A stretch of 64,000 bases of DNA from a cyanobacterium endosymbiont of Rhopalodia gibba (GCA_045159875.1 CP067995.1:1024001-1088000); one strand, 5' to 3'; positions 49,148 to 60,860 are shown, counted from the stretch's first letter. Numbers and translations: made by a program. Notes: a model not told the origin generated them from the letters alone.

Positions 49148-49447
49148 ATGATAACAACTTTCATTTCTATATTTTGTCCTCATTATCAGTCTAGTAATGT
49201 CTTTAACCATAGATTTTTAACGAAAAGGGAACAAAGACGTCATTTTTGAAATTAAAATTGACTTTGTCAAACCTTTATCTTGAAATACTCCTATCCAGGT
49301 CACACTGAAAAAGTTAAACAATAAATAGTGGAAATGTTACGCAATAGCAGTAAAACTAGGCACACAGCCCGTGTGCTCGTAAGTAAGTACGAAAACAGTA
49401 ATCAACAAACTAAAAAAAGTAGCATTTATTACAAAAGTAAATCAACC
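49148..49447 (+). mobile_element. IS1-family InsA remnant
   Basis: MITTFISIFCPHYQSSNVFNH..QTFILKYSYPGHTEKVKQ*IVEMLRNSSKTRHTARVL..TVINKLKK, matching the InsA zinc ribbon plus HTH. Confidence 0.75.
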
Positions 49448-49955
49448 TTCATTGAAACCCATTAATTTTGAAGAATTATAATTACAAATTGAGTTAAGGT
49501 TAGAATGTAAACAGAAGTTAAAAATATTAATAAAGGGTTTAAAACTATATAAAATACGGAGTTATGTAGAAAATAAGAAAAAATTTGAAGAGCTAATATA
49601 TTCTCTATCATAGAAGCTATTATTAGCAGAATAAATGGTGGAAGTATTCCTCTAACTTAAAAAGCCTTTAGAACAGTTTATAATTAAGTCCTATTGTGGT
49701 AAAAAATTAAGAATTTATATAAAAGAATACATAGAAAATAGTAAAGAGAAAACTTAAAAAATAGATTAGAAACATACATGTATTAATAATTAATATATGT
49801 ATGTTTCTAATCCAAAGGTAAGTACCTCTTGAAGTTAATCGTAATTTTATTTTATTGATAATAGCTTTGTAGTAAAAACCACCTGACACTCCTGTTCATG
49901 CTTTCATTCTTGATAGAATAGTATTTAGATACTAACAGGTTCATAGTAGATTTTT

Positions 49956-50849
49956 ATGCAAACCCGTTTAATTGTTATCTGTGGTGCAACGGCAACAGGC
50001 AAGTCAGGATTAGCTTGTCAATTAGCTCAACGCTTCAATTCCTTTATTATTAGTGCTGACTCGCGTCAAGTTTATCAAGAATTTGATATTGGAACAGCCA
50101 AACCAACTCTGAAGCAACAAGCATTAGTTCCCCATTATCTGATTGATATCTGTGAACCAACACAAACATTAACGTTAGCTCAATATCAAGAACAAGCACA
50201 ATCACTAATTAAGTTAGCTTCTTCTGTATCTCCCCCTTTCTTAGTAGGAGGGACAGGTTTGTACATCAAATCGATTGTACGAGGGTTGAAGATTCCTAGA
50301 GTGGCGCTTCAACCTCAATTAAGATCACAATTTAATATTTTGGGTCAATCACAATGTTATGCAACACTAAAGCAAGTTGATCCTATTGCTGCTAGTAAAA
50401 TTCACCCCAATGACAAAGCAAGAATCATCCGTGCTTTGGAAGTATTTTACGTCACAGGACACCCTATCTCTGAACAACAGGGGGAAAATCCACCTTCTTA
50501 TCCTATCGTACAAATTGGGTTGTATTGTGAGTCAAAATTTTTACAAAAACGAATTAAAGAACGAACTGAAGACATGGTTAGTATGGGGTTAGTTGAAGAA
50601 GTTGAGAAAATTACTCAAAAATACGGTTGGAATTTACCTTTATTAAATACCCTAGGATACTCGGAGATCAAACAATATCTTCAGGGAAATCTGTCTTTGT
50701 CCGAAGCTAAAACAGCAATTGTTTTACACACCTGTCAATTCGCAAAACGTCAGAAAACTTGGTTTCGCGCCTATAGAGAAATTGAATGGTTTGATATAAA
50801 TTCCCCTAGTTTTGTAGAAGAAATTTGGTCTAAGTTAATCTCTTGCTAA
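49956..50849 (+). CDS. miaA: tRNA dimethylallyltransferase
   Basis: GATATGKS, SADSRQVY..DIGTAKP, VGGTGLY, FAKRQKTWF. Confidence 0.97.
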   Translation: MQTRLIVICGATATGKSGLACQLAQRFNSFIISADSRQVYQEFDIGTAKPTLKQQALVPHYLIDICEPTQTLTLAQYQEQAQSLIKLASSVSPPFLVGGTGLYIKSIVRGLKIPRVALQPQLRSQFNILGQSQCYATLKQVDPIAASKIHPNDKARIIRALEVFYVTGHPISEQQGENPPSYPIVQIGLYCESKFLQKRIKERTEDMVSMGLVEEVEKITQKYGWNLPLLNTLGYSEIKQYLQGNLSLSEAKTAIVLHTCQFAKRQKTWFRAYREIEWFDINSPSFVEEIWSKLISC

Positions 50850-51692
50850 ATGAGGAAAATAAATAATATATATGTCGTATTTTAGTTAGTTTTTGGAAAT
50901 AAAAATACAATTTTTTAAAAAAAATTAACTAATTTAATTAAGAATTATCTACGTCTTTATAAAAAAAAATTCTATCTAAATCTAAATTATTAAAGAATAT
51001 TAATAGGAAGATAAGTTTCAGGAATAGTCATTAAAAAAGTTAATTAAATAGTTAAAATTATTCTGAAATAATTAGTTCGATTTAATCCCCAATAAGACAA
51101 TCGCAACAAAGAAAATAGTATGGTGATAAATTAAATTTTTTTGAACTCTCAAAGAGAGAAAACTATGACTGCATAGTTAAATATATTTATTTTTGGCTTA
51201 AGACATTTTTTTGCAACAATATATACTTACTTTAAACTTCTCCATTTTTCAAAATAATAGAAAATTTAAAATAGAGAAGAAAATTCACAGTATCCGGAAA
51301 ACCCTATCATATTTAACCGGACAAGAACGCCTTTAATTGGCGGTTAAAATGGCGGACTCTCTATAGAGTTTTTTGTAATCAAACACCAGTAAATTATATT
51401 TTAATTCTGTAATATGCTCATGAAAAATGAATAGTTAGAGTAGAGTTGATTATAAAAAAATTTTTACTATTTTAGTGATAATGATGATTAGAGTTGAAGT
51501 CTTGGTCTTCATAACTTATCTAGTTTTCTTTAATCTCTATCTCAGACTTTCTATCAGTTAAATTTAAGAAAAAAGTAAAATTTTAGCTGTCTTTTACATA
51601 AATTAATTTCGACTTATTGTCCGACACCGACTCTAGCCTGAACTCATACGATATCTTTTTGAGAAAAAATTAAAGCAATGATTTATGCTTTG

Positions 51693-51710
51693 AATGTAAA
51701 CTTATGTAAA
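51693..51710 (-). promoter_or_regulatory. HLR1-like (RpaB) box upstream of ctaA
   Basis: Minus strand TTTACATA-AG-TTTACATT matches (G/T)TTACA(T/A)(T/A)-N2-(G/T)TTACA(T/A)(T/A). Confidence 0.55.
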
Positions 51711-51878
51711 GCAATTGTTAACTGAATCTGGAATATGTCAAAACCTTTATACTAATTGATGCAAGAAAGATAGACTGTTCAGTAGAATCTGACTAGCTGT
51801 TTAAACCAAACCTATCTTCAAAAGAGAGTAAACACTCACTATGAAGACATAAAATGTTTAACGAAGCATTAAAGTGCT

Positions 51879-52841
51879 ATGACAGATTCGGTTCTTCAAT
51901 CCCAAATAAAAGTTACTGGCGACTGCCCTCGAGTCCAGAAATGGATGCGTTCTCTTATCTGGAAGATCGCCATTGCTACTCTACTTTTGATGGCAGTGGG
52001 CAGTGCTACACGAGTAATGAATGCAGGTCTTGCCTGTCCTGACTGGCCATTATGCTATGGTCAATTGGTTCCCAGTCAACAGATGAATCTACAAGTGTTC
52101 TTAGAATGGTTCCATCGTCTCGATGCCTCTCTCATTGGCTTAAGTACTATTGTTCTTGTCGGACTCTCATGGTGGTTTCGCAAAGAACTCCCCAGATGGC
52201 TGCCTTGGGCATCGGTAAGTGCATTGGGGTTAATTGTCTTCCAAGGAGTTTTAGGAGGACTTACAGTGACTCAATTGCTACGGTTTGATATTGTCACAGC
52301 CCATCTTGGAACCGCTCTACTCTTCTTAGGAACTCTTATTGTTATTGCTGTGTGTCTTACCCCCTATCAAGGAACCACCAACGCCAAAAAACTAAGTTGG
52401 GGAGCAACCATCGCCGTTACTTTAGTCTATCTACAGTGTTTATTGGGAGCTTTGGTGGGGTCTCGATGGGCGGTACATCAATGCTTTGGAGGTTCACAAC
52501 TATGTGCCGTGATGAATAGCCATATCATTGGTGTTTTTCCAGCTACTATTGCTACTCTCAGCGTTGTGTTTATCTCTTGGCGTACTTCTGCTCTCCATCC
52601 CTGGTTACGGAAACTTGCTTGGGTTGCTGGAGGCATTGTTACCCTACAAATCTTGTTAGGGGTTGCCACTTTCCGACTACATCTACAAGTAGAACCTTTA
52701 ACTGTGGCTCACCATACCTGTGGTGCTGCCCTCTTTGGTACGTTAGTCGCCTTGACAACGTTAGCCATTCGCGATGTCAGAAGTTCCTCACTTCCCTGCG
52801 GTGCGACTGCACAGAAGTTAGAAGTTAGAAGTCAGAATTAA
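51879..52841 (+). CDS. ctaA: Heme A synthase (COX15/CtaA)
   Basis: AGLACPDWPLC, EWFHR, QGVLGG..V..AHL. Confidence 0.95.
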   Translation: MTDSVLQSQIKVTGDCPRVQKWMRSLIWKIAIATLLLMAVGSATRVMNAGLACPDWPLCYGQLVPSQQMNLQVFLEWFHRLDASLIGLSTIVLVGLSWWFRKELPRWLPWASVSALGLIVFQGVLGGLTVTQLLRFDIVTAHLGTALLFLGTLIVIAVCLTPYQGTTNAKKLSWGATIAVTLVYLQCLLGALVGSRWAVHQCFGGSQLCAVMNSHIIGVFPATIATLSVVFISWRTSALHPWLRKLAWVAGGIVTLQILLGVATFRLHLQVEPLTVAHHTCGAALFGTLVALTTLAIRDVRSSSLPCGATAQKLEVRSQN

Positions 52842-52880
52842 AACTTTTGAAACCTAAATCGGTCAAAAGTTTTAATTCTG
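52833..52880. repeat. Perfect 18-bp inverted repeat at the ctaA-ctaB junction, preceded by AGAAGTT heptamer repeats
   Basis: CAGAATTAAAACTTTTGA-12nt-TCAAAAGTTTTAATTCTG. Confidence 0.85.
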
Positions 52881-52950
52881 TTCTCATCAATGCTTCAAGA
52901 ACAATAACTGACAAAAACTCAAGTAAATCAACAGAATTTGGTGTGTATTA

Positions 52951-53922
52951 ATGATTGGGACTGATGTTGCCCCCCGGAATGAAAACTGGCTACAAGTTGT
53001 AAAAAGCTATTATCAGCTAACCAAACCCCGTATTATTCCCCTATTGTTGATCACCACTACCGCCGCAATGTGGATTGCTGGTGGGGGCCGGGTGGATCTA
53101 TTTACCTTATTTATTACCTTATTAGGGGGAACTCTTGCCGCTGCTTCAGCCCAGGTAATGAATTGCATTTATGATCGTGATATTGATTATGAAATGTTAC
53201 GGACTCGGGCCCGCCCTATCCCTTCCGGACGAGTACAGTCACGCCATGCCTTCATTTTTGCTGTCATCCTTGCCATCTTGTCTTTTTCCCTTTTTGCCTT
53301 GTTTATTAACGTTTTTAGTGGTTTATTGGCTATGTCTGGCATTATTTTCTATATGCTGGTATATACCCACTTTCTTAAGCGTAATAGTACCCAAAACATT
53401 GTAATTGGTGGGGCAGCTGGTTCTATCCCCCCTCTGGTGGGTTGGGCGGCAGTGACAGGGGATTTAAGTTGGACCTCTTGGGTTTTATTTGCTATCATTT
53501 TCCTGTGGACTCCTCCTCATTTCTGGGCGTTAGCGTTGATGCTAAAGGAAGATTATGCTCAGGTTAATGTTCCTATGATGCCGGTGGTAGAAGGAGAAGA
53601 GTCTACAGTCCGGAAAATTTGGTGGTATACTTTGCTGGTTATTCCTTGTACTTTCCTCTTGGTTTATCCCCTAGGAGTATCTGGAATGGTTTATGGTGCG
53701 ATTGCAGTGGTTTTAGGGGTTAAATTTATCGAGAAAGCTTGGCAGTTAAAACAAGATCCCTTTAATCAAGAATTAGCGCGATCACTGTTTAAATTTTCCA
53801 TCTTTTACTTAATGCTTCTTTGCACAGGAATGGTTCTTGATAGTCTGGCTGTGACTCATCAATTGATTGCAACTGTCGGAGATAATTTAAAGACGTTGAT
53901 TAATTTAATTTCTTTCGGATAA
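52951..53922 (+). CDS. ctaB: Protoheme IX farnesyltransferase (heme O synthase)
   Basis: LTKPRI, DRDIDYEMLRT..RP, WTPPHFWAL. Confidence 0.97.
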   Translation: MIGTDVAPRNENWLQVVKSYYQLTKPRIIPLLLITTTAAMWIAGGGRVDLFTLFITLLGGTLAAASAQVMNCIYDRDIDYEMLRTRARPIPSGRVQSRHAFIFAVILAILSFSLFALFINVFSGLLAMSGIIFYMLVYTHFLKRNSTQNIVIGGAAGSIPPLVGWAAVTGDLSWTSWVLFAIIFLWTPPHFWALALMLKEDYAQVNVPMMPVVEGEESTVRKIWWYTLLVIPCTFLLVYPLGVSGMVYGAIAVVLGVKFIEKAWQLKQDPFNQELARSLFKFSIFYLMLLCTGMVLDSLAVTHQLIATVGDNLKTLINLISFG

Positions 53923-53940
53923 TTTAGGATTCTTCTGTCA

Positions 53941-53973
53941 GAATACCCTACGCTGAGAAGGCATAGGGTATTC
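53941..53973 (+). terminator. Hairpin after ctaB
   Basis: GAATACCCTA..loop..TAGGGTATTC. Confidence 0.6.
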
Positions 53974-54045
53974 CGAGCAATGACTTATTTTTATTCTAAG
54001 ATCAGTTTCTATGTTAGAAGCATTGTGTATTGAGCTCTAGTGCAA

Positions 54046-54520
54046 TGGACATGAAATCTCATCTTGAGCTTATCAAAGTGTTTTGTGATATGGACCACTT
54101 CTATCGAAAATTTGAGGAGAATCTTGATTCTGTTCATTTTTGAATGATATATTTAAAGACCATCGAAAATAACTTTAATTAATTCTCTTCATAGACAGAA
54201 AATAAAGCAGAAGTTGGTAGGCTTGTAGTAATACAATTACACTTGATAAAAATTCTTGAGATTGAAACGGTTGACAACTAACCTAAAAATATTTTTCGGA
54301 TTGAACATTATAGAAATTGAAATATCTAGAACTTTTTTATTCAACTTTTGAGTTGGCTGATAGATCGTATCTATTGACTCAGAGAATTACCTCTATGTAA
54401 GCTTAAAAGATGGGCTATCTTTAGCTTATACTCTTTATAAAACAATCAGAACTTTATTGTTGAAGGTTATTATTTTTAGAATAATGACATTGCTTATGCA
54501 TCTTCTCGAATTTACCTTAA
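54046..54520 (+). mobile_element. Internally deleted IS982-family element
   Basis: N-terminus MDMKSHLELIKVFCDMDHFY and C-terminus IETVDN*PKNIFRIEHYRN..NFFIQLLSWLI (consensus FCDVDDF; IETVNDQLKN..QIEHSRHRS..NF). Confidence 0.75.
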
Positions 54521-54646
54521 TAAGTAATCTTCATGTTTTTTCAACTAAATTTCGGGATTATTACTATAGCTACCATGAATGATTCACAAGATACTCTAAA
54601 TGTTTCATCATAGCACTCTCCTAAACTTAGATATAGTTTTTACAAC

Positions 54647-54901
54647 TTATAACTTATTGCTATCTGACTGTAAAATTATCTCCATTTCTTTAAATTCAGC
54701 TAGACTTTTTTGTGCAGCTTCTTCATCTAAAATACTGAGAGCAAATCCTACATGAACAATCACATAACTACCAACTTCAACATTAGGAACATAAGCTAAG
54801 CTAACTTCTTTAATGACCCCACCAAAACTTACTTTTCCCTTTTTCATCAAAAGTTCATCACCAATGATACTAACAACTTTTCCTGGAACAGCTAAACACA
54901 T
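54647..54901 (-). CDS. hypC: Hydrogenase maturation chaperone HypC
   Basis: MCLAVPGKV..VGSYVIVHVGFAL. Confidence 0.97.
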   Translation of the reverse strand: MCLAVPGKVVSIIGDELLMKKGKVSFGGVIKEVSLAYVPNVEVGSYVIVHVGFALSILDEEAAQKSLAEFKEMEIILQSDSNKL

Positions 54902-55502
54902 CTTTTATTGTCCTCCACAAAGAACTACTCACTAACAATCTTTAGGATAAAACTGCTCGGACTCTAAGCTATCAAAACCTCAAAAATTTTTTACAAAGTA
55001 AATCTTTATTTTTTAGAGAAAAAACTGTTGGCGAGTACAGTGTGCTAACTGTTTGCAACCGAGTTATCAATTTTTCTCTTATCTTAATAAGGAAGAATCA
55101 TAAATAAAAAATATAGATAAAGATCAAATTAGACTTTGTTTTCAACTTAAATAAATAAAAGTCTCATTGCTAAAAAGGTAAGTACAGCAGATATAAGAAA
55201 TAGGACTACGGGCAAATAAGTAGCTGCGTAGGAACATGTAATTCACATGTTGTTTTCTTTTACAAATCGATGAGTCTGACACTATGACTGTCTGGTAATA
55301 GATAGAATTGTAACATCAAAAATGTTACTGGGGACTTTGGCTCAATGAGGCAATTGTAAAGATTTTTCAAAAATTTAAAGTAAGAAAAGTTAAAAAGAGC
55401 TGTACAGTGAATATACTTAAGGGAAGTTTAACAACTTAGATTGAAGTGAAGTATTGATATAAGAATAGACGTAGTTGAGCGTGCTGGAGATACTCAAGTT
55501 GG

Positions 55503-55695
55503 CAACCTTGCCACTCCTCTTAAGAATTAAGAGGTCTCCGTTACGTTCATCAGAAACCTACCTGCCTATCGCTAAGGATTAATTTCTAACTGTCGCGGGT
55601 TAGAAATTAGCATGTCCTAAGGTTCATTTTCTCTATAGCCATTTTGCTTTGCTAGGTCCTTTGCGGAACACTGAGATAGCTAGTAGAGCAAGGTT
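55503..55695 (-). ncRNA. ssrS: Probable 6S RNA (cyanobacterial SsaA)
   Basis: About 190-nt GC-enriched island; ends pair (AACCTTGC/GCAAGGTT); internal stem AATTTCTAAC/GTTAGAAATT; 3' hairpin CCTCTTAA/TTAAGAGG; blocks CTAGCAAAGCAAAA and CTTAGCGATAGGCAGG resemble recalled cyanobacterial 6S; TACAAT -10 at 55703-55708 on the minus strand. Confidence 0.72.
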
Positions 55696-56014
55696 ATCAA
55701 CTATTGTAAATATAGTAATTTTGACGATTTCTTTATCTATGTATGCTTTTGTGGAGGTTACTCAACCGGCTTAAACCCTAACTATTCCAAAAGTTTCTGA
55801 AAAACTCGGTATCTAAAAAGGTTTGATAGAATTTGCTAGTATTTTTTTTATTAACAGTTGTGGAGGTGTATTTTTTGCTTATTTTCTTTGCTAAAATCTT
55901 TAGATTAACCTTGTACAAGCAATATTAGGTTAAGTCAATTATTGCTACACAATAAGAAAATAACAATTCCTCGTTAGTTATTACTAAAAAAATGTTAACC
56001 AACACCTAATTTTA

Positions 56015-58327
56015 TCAGGTTAGTGTTCGCCTTATCCCTGCCATAATTTGTCCTAAAGCAATTCCACCATCATTTGGAGGTACTTTGCGGTGCCATACGG
56101 GTATGAATTGTTCTTGATTTAATCGACTGATTGCTTGTTCAGTTAAGTATTTATTTTGAAAACATCCCCCTGTTAAAACAACTTTCTTTTCTGAGATAAT
56201 TTGAGAGATTTCAATTATTACTTCAACTAGAGTATTATGAAACTTAGCTGAAATTTCTTCGATAGACAAGTGTTCTGAAAGATCGTCTAAAATTCCTTTT
56301 ATAATTAGCTGCCAATCAACAATTAAAGGGCAATCGTTTCCTAATATTTCATAGTGATAGACTTTATCTGTTTTATAATCGATGGCTCTGTGTTCTAAGT
56401 TCATCGCTGCTTGTCCTTCAAAACTGGTCTGTTGACAAATCCCCAAAATAGAAGCCACCCCATCAAAAAGCCGTCCCACACTTGAAGTTAGCGGAGTATT
56501 TAAATTACGAGATAACATCCGTTGAATTAATTTTAATTCTTGATTAGAAAAACTTTTGAATAATTGAAATATTTCTAAGCCATCAAAAGAGCCAAAAACT
56601 TCGTAAAGTATGCTTAAAGCAATACGTCTCGGTTCCTTAACTGCCCGATGTCCTCCAGGCAATTTAAAAGGTCGAAAATGAGCCACTCGTTGGTAACCAC
56701 TATCAGTAATTAACAAAAACTCTCCCCCCCAAATTGTACCATCTTCTCCATAGCCTGTACCATCCCAAGCAACTCCTAAAACAGGTGCAGTAATTCCATT
56801 TTCTGCTATACAAGAGAGAACATGAGCATAATGATGTTGGACCTTAACTACTGGAAAACCTTGGGACTGAGCAAATTGACTGGAAAGATAGTCTGGATGT
56901 GCATCACAAGCGATAATTTTAGGTTCAAAGTCATAAAGTCCTTTTAAACTGTCTATTACCTGATAAAATGCACTTAAGGCTTGATAATTACTTAAATCTC
57001 CAATATGTTGACTGATAAAGACTTGATTGCCCCGTAAAATTGCCACCGTGTTTTTTAACTGTCCACCAGTTGCTAGAAGGGAGATGGACGAAGGTGAATC
57101 TTCAACTTCTGTATTTTGCATTTTGCCTTCTGACTTCAGAATAATCGGAAAAGGTGTATATCCTCTTGCGCGACGGAGAACTACTTCTCGTCCTGCTATA
57201 ACGCGAACCACAGAATCATCTACAGATCTTAGAATAGGACGATTGTGGACTAAAAATACATCGGCAATATGTCCCAGTCTTTGTCTAACTTCGTCTTCAT
57301 TAATACAGATGGGTTCATTGGAGATGTTCCCACTGGTGGCAACCAAAGGGAATTTTAGATTTAAAAGTAACAAATGATATAAAGGAGTATAGGGTAACAT
57401 GACTCCCCAATAGGGATTATTCGGAGCGACAGACTCCCATAAGTTGATATAATTCGATCTACGTTTGAGTAAAACAATAGGAGATTCAGGAGAGGTTAAT
57501 AATTCTTCTTCTAGAGGACTAACATGACAATGTTTTTTAATTAACTCAAGAGATGAATACATTAAAGCAAAGGGTTTTTGCGGGCGACCTTTGCGTTGTC
57601 TTAGTTGCCTAATGGCATTAGGGTTACTTCCATCAGTCATTAGATGGAATCCTCCTAACCCTTTAACTGCTACTATTTTTCCCTCCTTTAAAAAATTTAC
57701 TGCAATGTTAAGGGCTGAGTCTTGAATAGCTATACTGTTTCCTTCCTTATCCCAAAGGGCTAATTGGGGACCACAAGAGGGACATGCATTTGGTTGAGCG
57801 TGAAATCTACGATCGTGGGGATTTTCATATTCCTGCTGACACTCAGAACACATAAAAAACTTTTTCATGGTAGTTCGAGGACGATCATAGGGTAAAGTTT
57901 CAATGATGGTATAACGCGGGCCGCAATTAGTGCAGTTAGTAAAAGGATAGCCATATCGTCGGTTTTGGAGGTCAAAAATATCTCGTAAACAGTCGGGACA
58001 AGTGGCTAAGTCAGCCGGGATAATGGCATTTTTTTCTCCACTAACGCTGTGATGAATGTCAAAAGTAGTGTACCCAATATAATCTAAACAAGTGGTTTCT
58101 ATTGATTGAATGTGTGATCGCGGTGGTTTTTCTGTTTGCACTCTTGACAAAAACTCTTTTAGTATCTTGGATTCTCCTTCTACTTCAATAGACACCCCTG
58201 ATGCAGAATTATAAACCCAACCTGTAAGATTTAATTCTGTGGCTAGTCGATAAATAAAAGGGCGAAATCCTACCCCTTGAACTGCTCCAGATATTAGCGT
58301 TCTTAATCGTTTTTTAGTCATTTGCAT
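56015..58327 (-). CDS. hypF: Carbamoyltransferase HypF
   Basis: VQGVGFRPF, two CxxC zinc fingers, KGLGGFHL, QHHYAH, PNDGGIALGQ. Confidence 0.97.
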   Translation of the reverse strand: MQMTKKRLRTLISGAVQGVGFRPFIYRLATELNLTGWVYNSASGVSIEVEGESKILKEFLSRVQTEKPPRSHIQSIETTCLDYIGYTTFDIHHSVSGEKNAIIPADLATCPDCLRDIFDLQNRRYGYPFTNCTNCGPRYTIIETLPYDRPRTTMKKFFMCSECQQEYENPHDRRFHAQPNACPSCGPQLALWDKEGNSIAIQDSALNIAVNFLKEGKIVAVKGLGGFHLMTDGSNPNAIRQLRQRKGRPQKPFALMYSSLELIKKHCHVSPLEEELLTSPESPIVLLKRRSNYINLWESVAPNNPYWGVMLPYTPLYHLLLLNLKFPLVATSGNISNEPICINEDEVRQRLGHIADVFLVHNRPILRSVDDSVVRVIAGREVVLRRARGYTPFPIILKSEGKMQNTEVEDSPSSISLLATGGQLKNTVAILRGNQVFISQHIGDLSNYQALSAFYQVIDSLKGLYDFEPKIIACDAHPDYLSSQFAQSQGFPVVKVQHHYAHVLSCIAENGITAPVLGVAWDGTGYGEDGTIWGGEFLLITDSGYQRVAHFRPFKLPGGHRAVKEPRRIALSILYEVFGSFDGLEIFQLFKSFSNQELKLIQRMLSRNLNTPLTSSVGRLFDGVASILGICQQTSFEGQAAMNLEHRAIDYKTDKVYHYEILGNDCPLIVDWQLIIKGILDDLSEHLSIEEISAKFHNTLVEVIIEISQIISEKKVVLTGGCFQNKYLTEQAISRLNQEQFIPVWHRKVPPNDGGIALGQIMAGIRRTLT

Positions 58328-58686
58328 TCTAAAAATTAGTGAAAAAAAGTTCAGAGAGAAACAATTTAACGGCTCTCATTTTTAGGACTAAAATAAAGTC
58401 GATGGCCACCGAAAGATTAACAAATCATTGCATACCTAACTGCTTGCTAATCCTGTCTAATTTAGCAATCTAACTTTTTTATCTTCCTTTTTAATTTGTC
58501 TCTAGACTTTCTATATCTTCTTTAAGTTTAATCTGCCGTATCTTAATTTATCAGCAAAATCTTTGTTCAGGTTGTTTGACTTGGTCTCAAACTTCTCATC
58601 TATCTAATAGAATTTACTGTTTTTATATTTTAATAGGTCCTTTATAAGTAAAATATTTTTATCTATTATTGTTCTTTGAGTTACTT

Positions 58687-58721
58687 TCACTATGCTTTAA
58701 TTAATACTTAAAGCATAGTGA
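58687..58721. terminator. 15-bp-arm hairpin downstream of tldD
   Basis: TTCACTATGCTTTAA-TTAATAC-TTAAAGCATAGTGAA. Confidence 0.55.
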
Positions 58722-58834
58722 ACCCTGGTTATTTTATAGGTGACTAAAGATATTAAAGTTTAGAAGATAAATGGGGATAAAGATTATATTTCTTCTATTT
58801 AAAATCCCCAGTCGCTTATTAATAATGTCTCAAC

Positions 58835-60304
58835 TTATCGTCCCCCAACAGTAATTTTATCAACCTTTAAATGGGGTTGTCCTACGGTAACGTAAATGCT
58901 TCCACTTACAGAACCACAGAAGCCAGGAGCCAACGCTAAGTCTTGGGAACACATGGAAATCTCCGTCATAATGTCTTTAGCGGTTCCAATTAGAGTTGCA
59001 CCTTTAAGGGGTTTGGTCACTTTTCCCTTTTCAATAAGATAAGCTTCAGAAACGGAAAAGTTAAATTCACTAGTAGGTCCAACACTTCCCCCCCCCATTT
59101 GCTTACAATAAATCCCTTTATCGACTGACGCAAACAAATTATCAATAGAATAATCACCAGGGGCAATATAAGTATTTCGCATTCGTGAGGCTGCAGCATA
59201 GGCATAATTTTGACGACGACCACTTCCTGTCCGAGGATGTCCGGTACGAACTGAGCCGGTACGATCAGCTATAAAGTTCTTTAAAATGCCGTTTTCAATT
59301 AATAAAGTACGCTGTGTAGGCATTCCTTCATCGTCGATGTCCAAGGTTCCAAACTCCTGATCGGATAAGCCCTCATCCCAAGCAGTTAAGCTTTCATGGG
59401 CAATCTTTTCACCTTTTTTCTCCATAAAAGGAGTGGTTTTATGTTCAATTTGGGTAGTTTCTAACAAATGTCCGCAAGCTTCGTGGAAAATGACCCCACC
59501 AAATTGATTAGCCATAATAATGGGGTAATTTCCAGATTCTACATAATCCGCATAGAGCATTTTACCTGCAGATTCAGCTACTTCTTCAGCAGCAGTTTCG
59601 TAGTCCCATTCCCGTAGGAAACCAGGGTCACTGGTATTGCCAAAGCGTTTACCCATAGAGGTGCGATGTTCCCCATCGGAACATAATAGTGAATGACCTA
59701 CAGATTGCGTCAGACGAATATCTCTAGCGAAAACCCCGTCACTGGCGGCAATCAAGATTTCCTGCCAATCGCGAAAATACATAACCCGACGAGATTGGAC
59801 ATGATTAGCTTTCTGTCCTAGTTTGGCGTTAGCTACCAAAAGAATATCTCCCATTTCTGCCATGGAACTACAGTTACCTAACCAAAGTTCCTTATCTTTT
59901 ACTTTTGTATAGTCTCGCATCATTTCCAGGTTAATTTTAGGAATGTAAGCGTTAGGGGAAGGACAGGTTAACTCTAAAATAGATAATGCCTTTTCTAGGG
60001 CAACTTTTAGCCCGGTAAAAGAAATATCATTAGTGCTGACATAACAATCTTCTTTACCTCGAAATACACGGATACCAGCCCCTGTGGAGAGACGAGGGGA
60101 TAGACTAGTGATGGTGTCTTGTTCAGCTAAACAACTGATATAGTTTACCCGTTCGAGAAAAAATTCCACGAAATCTGCTCCTGCTGCCCGTCCCAATCCT
60201 AGTAAAGTGGATAAGGGGTCCTGCCAACTTTGGTCAAAGTGCTCTCTGCTGGAATGATAAGTCAGGTCGGGGAGTTCTTTAGACGTTAATAGTGTGGATG
60301 TCAT
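58835..60304 (-). CDS. tldD: TldD metalloprotease
   Basis: [37 protein letters not shown]. Confidence 0.93.
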   Translation of the reverse strand: MTSTLLTSKELPDLTYHSSREHFDQSWQDPLSTLLGLGRAAGADFVEFFLERVNYISCLAEQDTITSLSPRLSTGAGIRVFRGKEDCYVSTNDISFTGLKVALEKALSILELTCPSPNAYIPKINLEMMRDYTKVKDKELWLGNCSSMAEMGDILLVANAKLGQKANHVQSRRVMYFRDWQEILIAASDGVFARDIRLTQSVGHSLLCSDGEHRTSMGKRFGNTSDPGFLREWDYETAAEEVAESAGKMLYADYVESGNYPIIMANQFGGVIFHEACGHLLETTQIEHKTTPFMEKKGEKIAHESLTAWDEGLSDQEFGTLDIDDEGMPTQRTLLIENGILKNFIADRTGSVRTGHPRTGSGRRQNYAYAAASRMRNTYIAPGDYSIDNLFASVDKGIYCKQMGGGSVGPTSEFNFSVSEAYLIEKGKVTKPLKGATLIGTAKDIMTEISMCSQDLALAPGFCGSVSGSIYVTVGQPHLKVDKITVGGR

Positions 60305-60429
60305 ATAATTGTGTGCCTTAACTAGCTTTCTATGATATTGCTGATTTGTAGGGGCGTATTCGTTAGTCTAACTCATCTTTCAGCGAGCTTATATTGTATT
60401 TATCAAGGATTTAATGAAGATTTGATAAA

Positions 60430-60860
60430 TCAATTTTCTCTTGAAAACTGCAAAGTTTCTTTTAAGATTTTCTGACTAATGCAAATATCTGCTTGCGACA
60501 ATGCTGATATTAACAGTTTGATTTCGGAGATGACTCCCTTACGTTTCTCACGAAGCTGCTTCCCACTGTTTCTAATTACTTTTAAATCAAGTAGTCTGGC
60601 AAAGTGACAGACTACTTGATTTAAAAGAATCAGCAAAATATCTTTTAGTTCTATTACTAAAGCAATTACTTCAACTTCTCCAGCATCCATTTTTCTTTTT
60701 AAAGTGGCGATAACAGCAACATGTTTAAAAATTTTAACCTTCAAGTAATTTACCGGCGACTTTAATTATAGTAATTGCGTTTCTTTAAAACTAATCTCAA
60801 AGGGAAGTTATGCTTCTTCTGATTTATTTTTTTAGATATTGTTAAAAAATAGGAATAATT
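60430..60860 (-). pseudogene. DUF3368 PIN-like nuclease pseudogene (N-terminus eroded; boundary approximate)
   Basis: MDAGEVEVIAL..LLILLNQ..ARLLDLKV..KRKGVISEIK..IS..IL matches the DUF3368 C-terminal pattern, with degenerate residues. Confidence 0.6.

Noticed and set aside
58340..58640. Remnant of a small coiled-coil hypothetical gene on the minus strand (IDEKFETK...)
   Set aside because: Too degraded to assign
60348..60361. GTAGGGGCG REP-like half site upstream of tldD
   Set aside because: Only one arm is present and I saw no other copies
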